A DNA stretch of 64,000 nt from the NCBI GenBank assembly GCA_010093605.1, contig MU004190.1, forward strand, positions 1,116,001 through 1,180,000, read 5' to 3'. Below are positions 61,067 to 64,000 of this stretch, piece by piece; within the stretch, counting starts at the first letter, position 1, and every line of letters begins with the position of its first letter. Origin of the DNA: Lophium mytilinum (Eukaryota). The position numbers and the translations under genes are program-made. Under the pieces are notes generated by a model. That model saw only the letters and a program-made list of their open reading frames with translations. It was not told the DNA's origin and made no database searches.

Positions 61067-64000
61067 CTTTGGTAATGAGCGGAGATAAAGCTGCCGCGGG
61101 GAGGTGTAGAAGGGCAATGTATGTCAGAAAGCCTGAAGGTAGGAGCGCTCGATCTTGCGGCTACGCTGTCTTGTGAGAGCGCGCTATGTAGGAAGAAAGA
61201 AGGCATTGATTTCGTGTGAGAAAGTTAGACCCGTAACCCGTAAATTCCTCCACCGAAGTTGCTGAGTCATCACAGGAGGTAACGGCGCGGTCTGTGCGCA
61301 ATGTCACACGTGTCTCTTAGTATTCTGATATCGACATGACAGACTTTGCGTGGGCTTTTCCGACAACAGTATAAAGCACGAGAAGGCTACGAAGAATAAT
61401 CTACGCTTAGTAATGAGGGCTTTGGGCGGAAAGCGGAGGTTAACGATCACGTGACCCGACGCCAATGTGTTCACAGGCTTGAACATCAAAGCTGGAGCTG
61501 AACCCTTTTATTCTATCCAAAGCGTATGTGTAACTTCAATCCTGGAGATTCCCCTCCAGAAAGTCAATGGAGCTCGTAAACTGCTAGCGTTCCAATCTGA
61601 ACTAATCGCGTACTTAGGTATGTACGAAGGTATAATCACTCTACACCACTTACAGTGCCTCTTTTGGCTGATGATACTTTAGAGGTGGCGTGAGTAATAT
61701 CACAGGGTTATTCATAACCGCCTTTGACTACCAGTGGCGGGCCAATCTTCTGCCGGACCTCCCCAGAAAGCTTGATTGATTGACGAGAAACAAGTCCAGA
61801 CACCTCTACGAACGTACTCTCCCAGCCACAATGAATGAGCCCGCACGTGCCCTACTAGCCTCAGCATAGGGCAACTGAAGCGAGATACACCAAGCTGAAT
61901 CCAGCAAAGCTTCGTGAAGCGAGTCTATTCATCCTGCGGCTCGTAGTCACGTGACAATCACTAATTTTCGCACTTTTGATTCCTGCCCTCAACCCTTTCT
62001 CACTGCTACCCGCACGGCAAGGTCGGCCACTCCGACTCGTGGCCAACCTACAAACCTCAGTCTTGCCGGTTTCGGGAAGATTGCGCTCCGGTTTTCGCTC
62101 GACTTCGAGAAAACTCTCGGCATAAACGCCACCACTGTGCAAGGTAGCATGGTCTGGAAGCACTATATGCTCCACGCTGAGCCGTCCATGCATCGAGTCA
62201 GCTTTCTCACTCTCGCCCGAGGGCTGCCTGAAGCTCGGGACGGCATGCCCAAGCACGTTGATCTTCTCGTCCCGCATGCACGCGGGGGAGAGTGAATTGA
62301 GAAATGTTCCGCTGATTCTTGCCAATTAACTCCCATACACTCCTCAGCTCACCGCAACTAAGCCCTCCAATCTCCCAGGGGACGGAGAATTTGGCAGCCT
62401 GGTCCTACAACTCCGTTTGGGGCGCCCAGCCAACACAATGGGTGCTGGTGACATGATACGATCTCGGAAATCTTCAACCAACACTTCCGCACTAACGCGG
62501 CATGCCAGCAGCTGGACCTCTATCGGTCCTATTGAAGTGCATCATTTGTCACCGCTCTTATGCTATTGCGGCCCATTGCTGGCGGGCCAGTCTCTACGAG
62601 GCCCACGGCTGGTCTTGTGCCACCGTAGACGAAATCCAGACACTCACTCTAGACACTGAGCCACTTCACGCTCTGCGAGCCTCCTCTGCAAGCACTATCA
62701 TTAGGCGTTCAAGGATGGTCTGGAGGGCTCTAGCCTCCATCCGGTCCGGTGGCCGGAGGAAACATGGTGCTCGCATTGTGGGGATTATCAGCCAAGTGAA
62801 GCTCGTGTCGATGAAGACGTCCTTCACCCGGGCGAAGTGCTGGACTGTCTCCCTACTGGCCCTCCGGCTAGCAATCACGCACCTCAGACTGAAAGAGGAA
62901 AGTCCAGTGGACGTGAAGGCAGTCCTACCGTGGCCGTGACGAAGAAGCTCCCGAGATTTGCGTCATCCGGCGCCCATTTCGCCAGAGAGTCCACGAGTAT
63001 CAAGGACGGAGGAGAGCCCCATCGCCGAACGACCAGGGCTACTGAAGTGTGCATAGCACTACCGCACGCAGGCCCTGAAGTGGAGGTACTCAACCTCGCG
63101 CACACACACACAGCCTCCCGGCGCCCCGTTCCCATGCCTACCTACCCGCTGTCCGGGGCAGCCGCCGTGCCACACGTTCTACACGAAGTGCAACACAGAC
63201 ACGGCATGCAACGCTCCTCCATCAGGAGAAAAAGCACTCTTCCTCGCACGCAAAGAGTCTCGAATAGGGCTCCACCTCTTCCGGCCAGGACCCAAGCAGC
63301 CAGCGCACCAATCCCCGCCCTAAGACCGCAAACCTTGCATATGCACCCACGGCCTAGGTGCAGCAACTCTCCCTACTCGCGCCAGCCCAAATCCTGCACG
63401 CTGAGCGCGCCTCTCTCGCCCGCCCTTCGCCCTCCCCACCGGGGGCCACAGTGCCCAATGGCACCGCCAGCACTGCTGCCCTCACCCACCCGCCGTCGGC
63501 CAGTACGTGACGCACCGCGACCCACCCGGCCACCTCATTCGCCGCCCACAAGCGGCCGGCCGCGCTCGCACACAGCTCTGATCTCGGGACTCCCATCTTG
63601 CGCGCGTCAGGCCGCTGGCAGTCTGGTTACCTCGCTCGCTGCATTCTCCCCAGCATCCGCGACTCCTCACATGACGGCCGCGACCACCAGCAGTCGAGCG
63701 CACCTGCATGTAGTAAAAATCAACGTCGGCCCATGGGCTGGCACGGCCTTGGACGCTCGTCCGCACGCCGCACGCATTGCACAATCGAGGCAAAGACTGT
63801 CAGGAGCAAAGCACGGAAGGGGTTTGGCATTTTGGTTAACTGGCTGAGATTCTAATCGCTGTTTTGGGGCTGCGCTTTGTTTACTTTGTTCATGCTTGCT
63901 GCGCCGAGGGCCGTGCTTTGACTGCCCTAGTGGTTGGTGCAATGCAAAACACGCGAGGCTTGGAAAAGGAGGCAAGCGAACGACAACAGAATGTCCTCTT

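Noticed and set aside
62837..63847. 336-aa Pro/Arg/Ala-rich ORF as a confident CDS
   Set aside because: GTG start, composition expected from GC-rich non-coding DNA, no domain.

Overview
Gene-dense window from a filamentous ascomycete (Pezizomycotina) nuclear genome: short GT-AG introns with CTAAC/CTAAT branch points and RIP-like damage in a transposon. About 27 protein-coding loci are recognisable. Housekeeping: RIF1 3' part, MET22/HAL2, Rsm1/NIPA-like, NSE2/MMS21, MRPL6, KAR5-like, metacaspase. CAZymes: GH7, a GPI-anchored GH16, GT25. Redox/detox: MOSC-ferredoxin reductase fusion, GST, OYE, P450, SABATH-type methyltransferase. Accessory: F-box-like paralogues and HET-family relics. Most notable: (i) a tandem kinase + Kin4-like pseudokinase gene with a 1-bp frameshift; (ii) a non-coding degenerate repeat array with exact 172-bp phasing at 47.1-48.0 kb; (iii) a 670-bp Mutator-derived element with long TIRs, an 8-bp TSD and a RIP-damaged transposase remnant, next to a HET pseudogene; (iv) a HET-family ORF apparently lacking its HET domain, beside a metacaspase; (v) recurrent C-rich to G-rich strand-skew switches independent of gene orientation. 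All calls are from motif recognition by eye; no searches were run.
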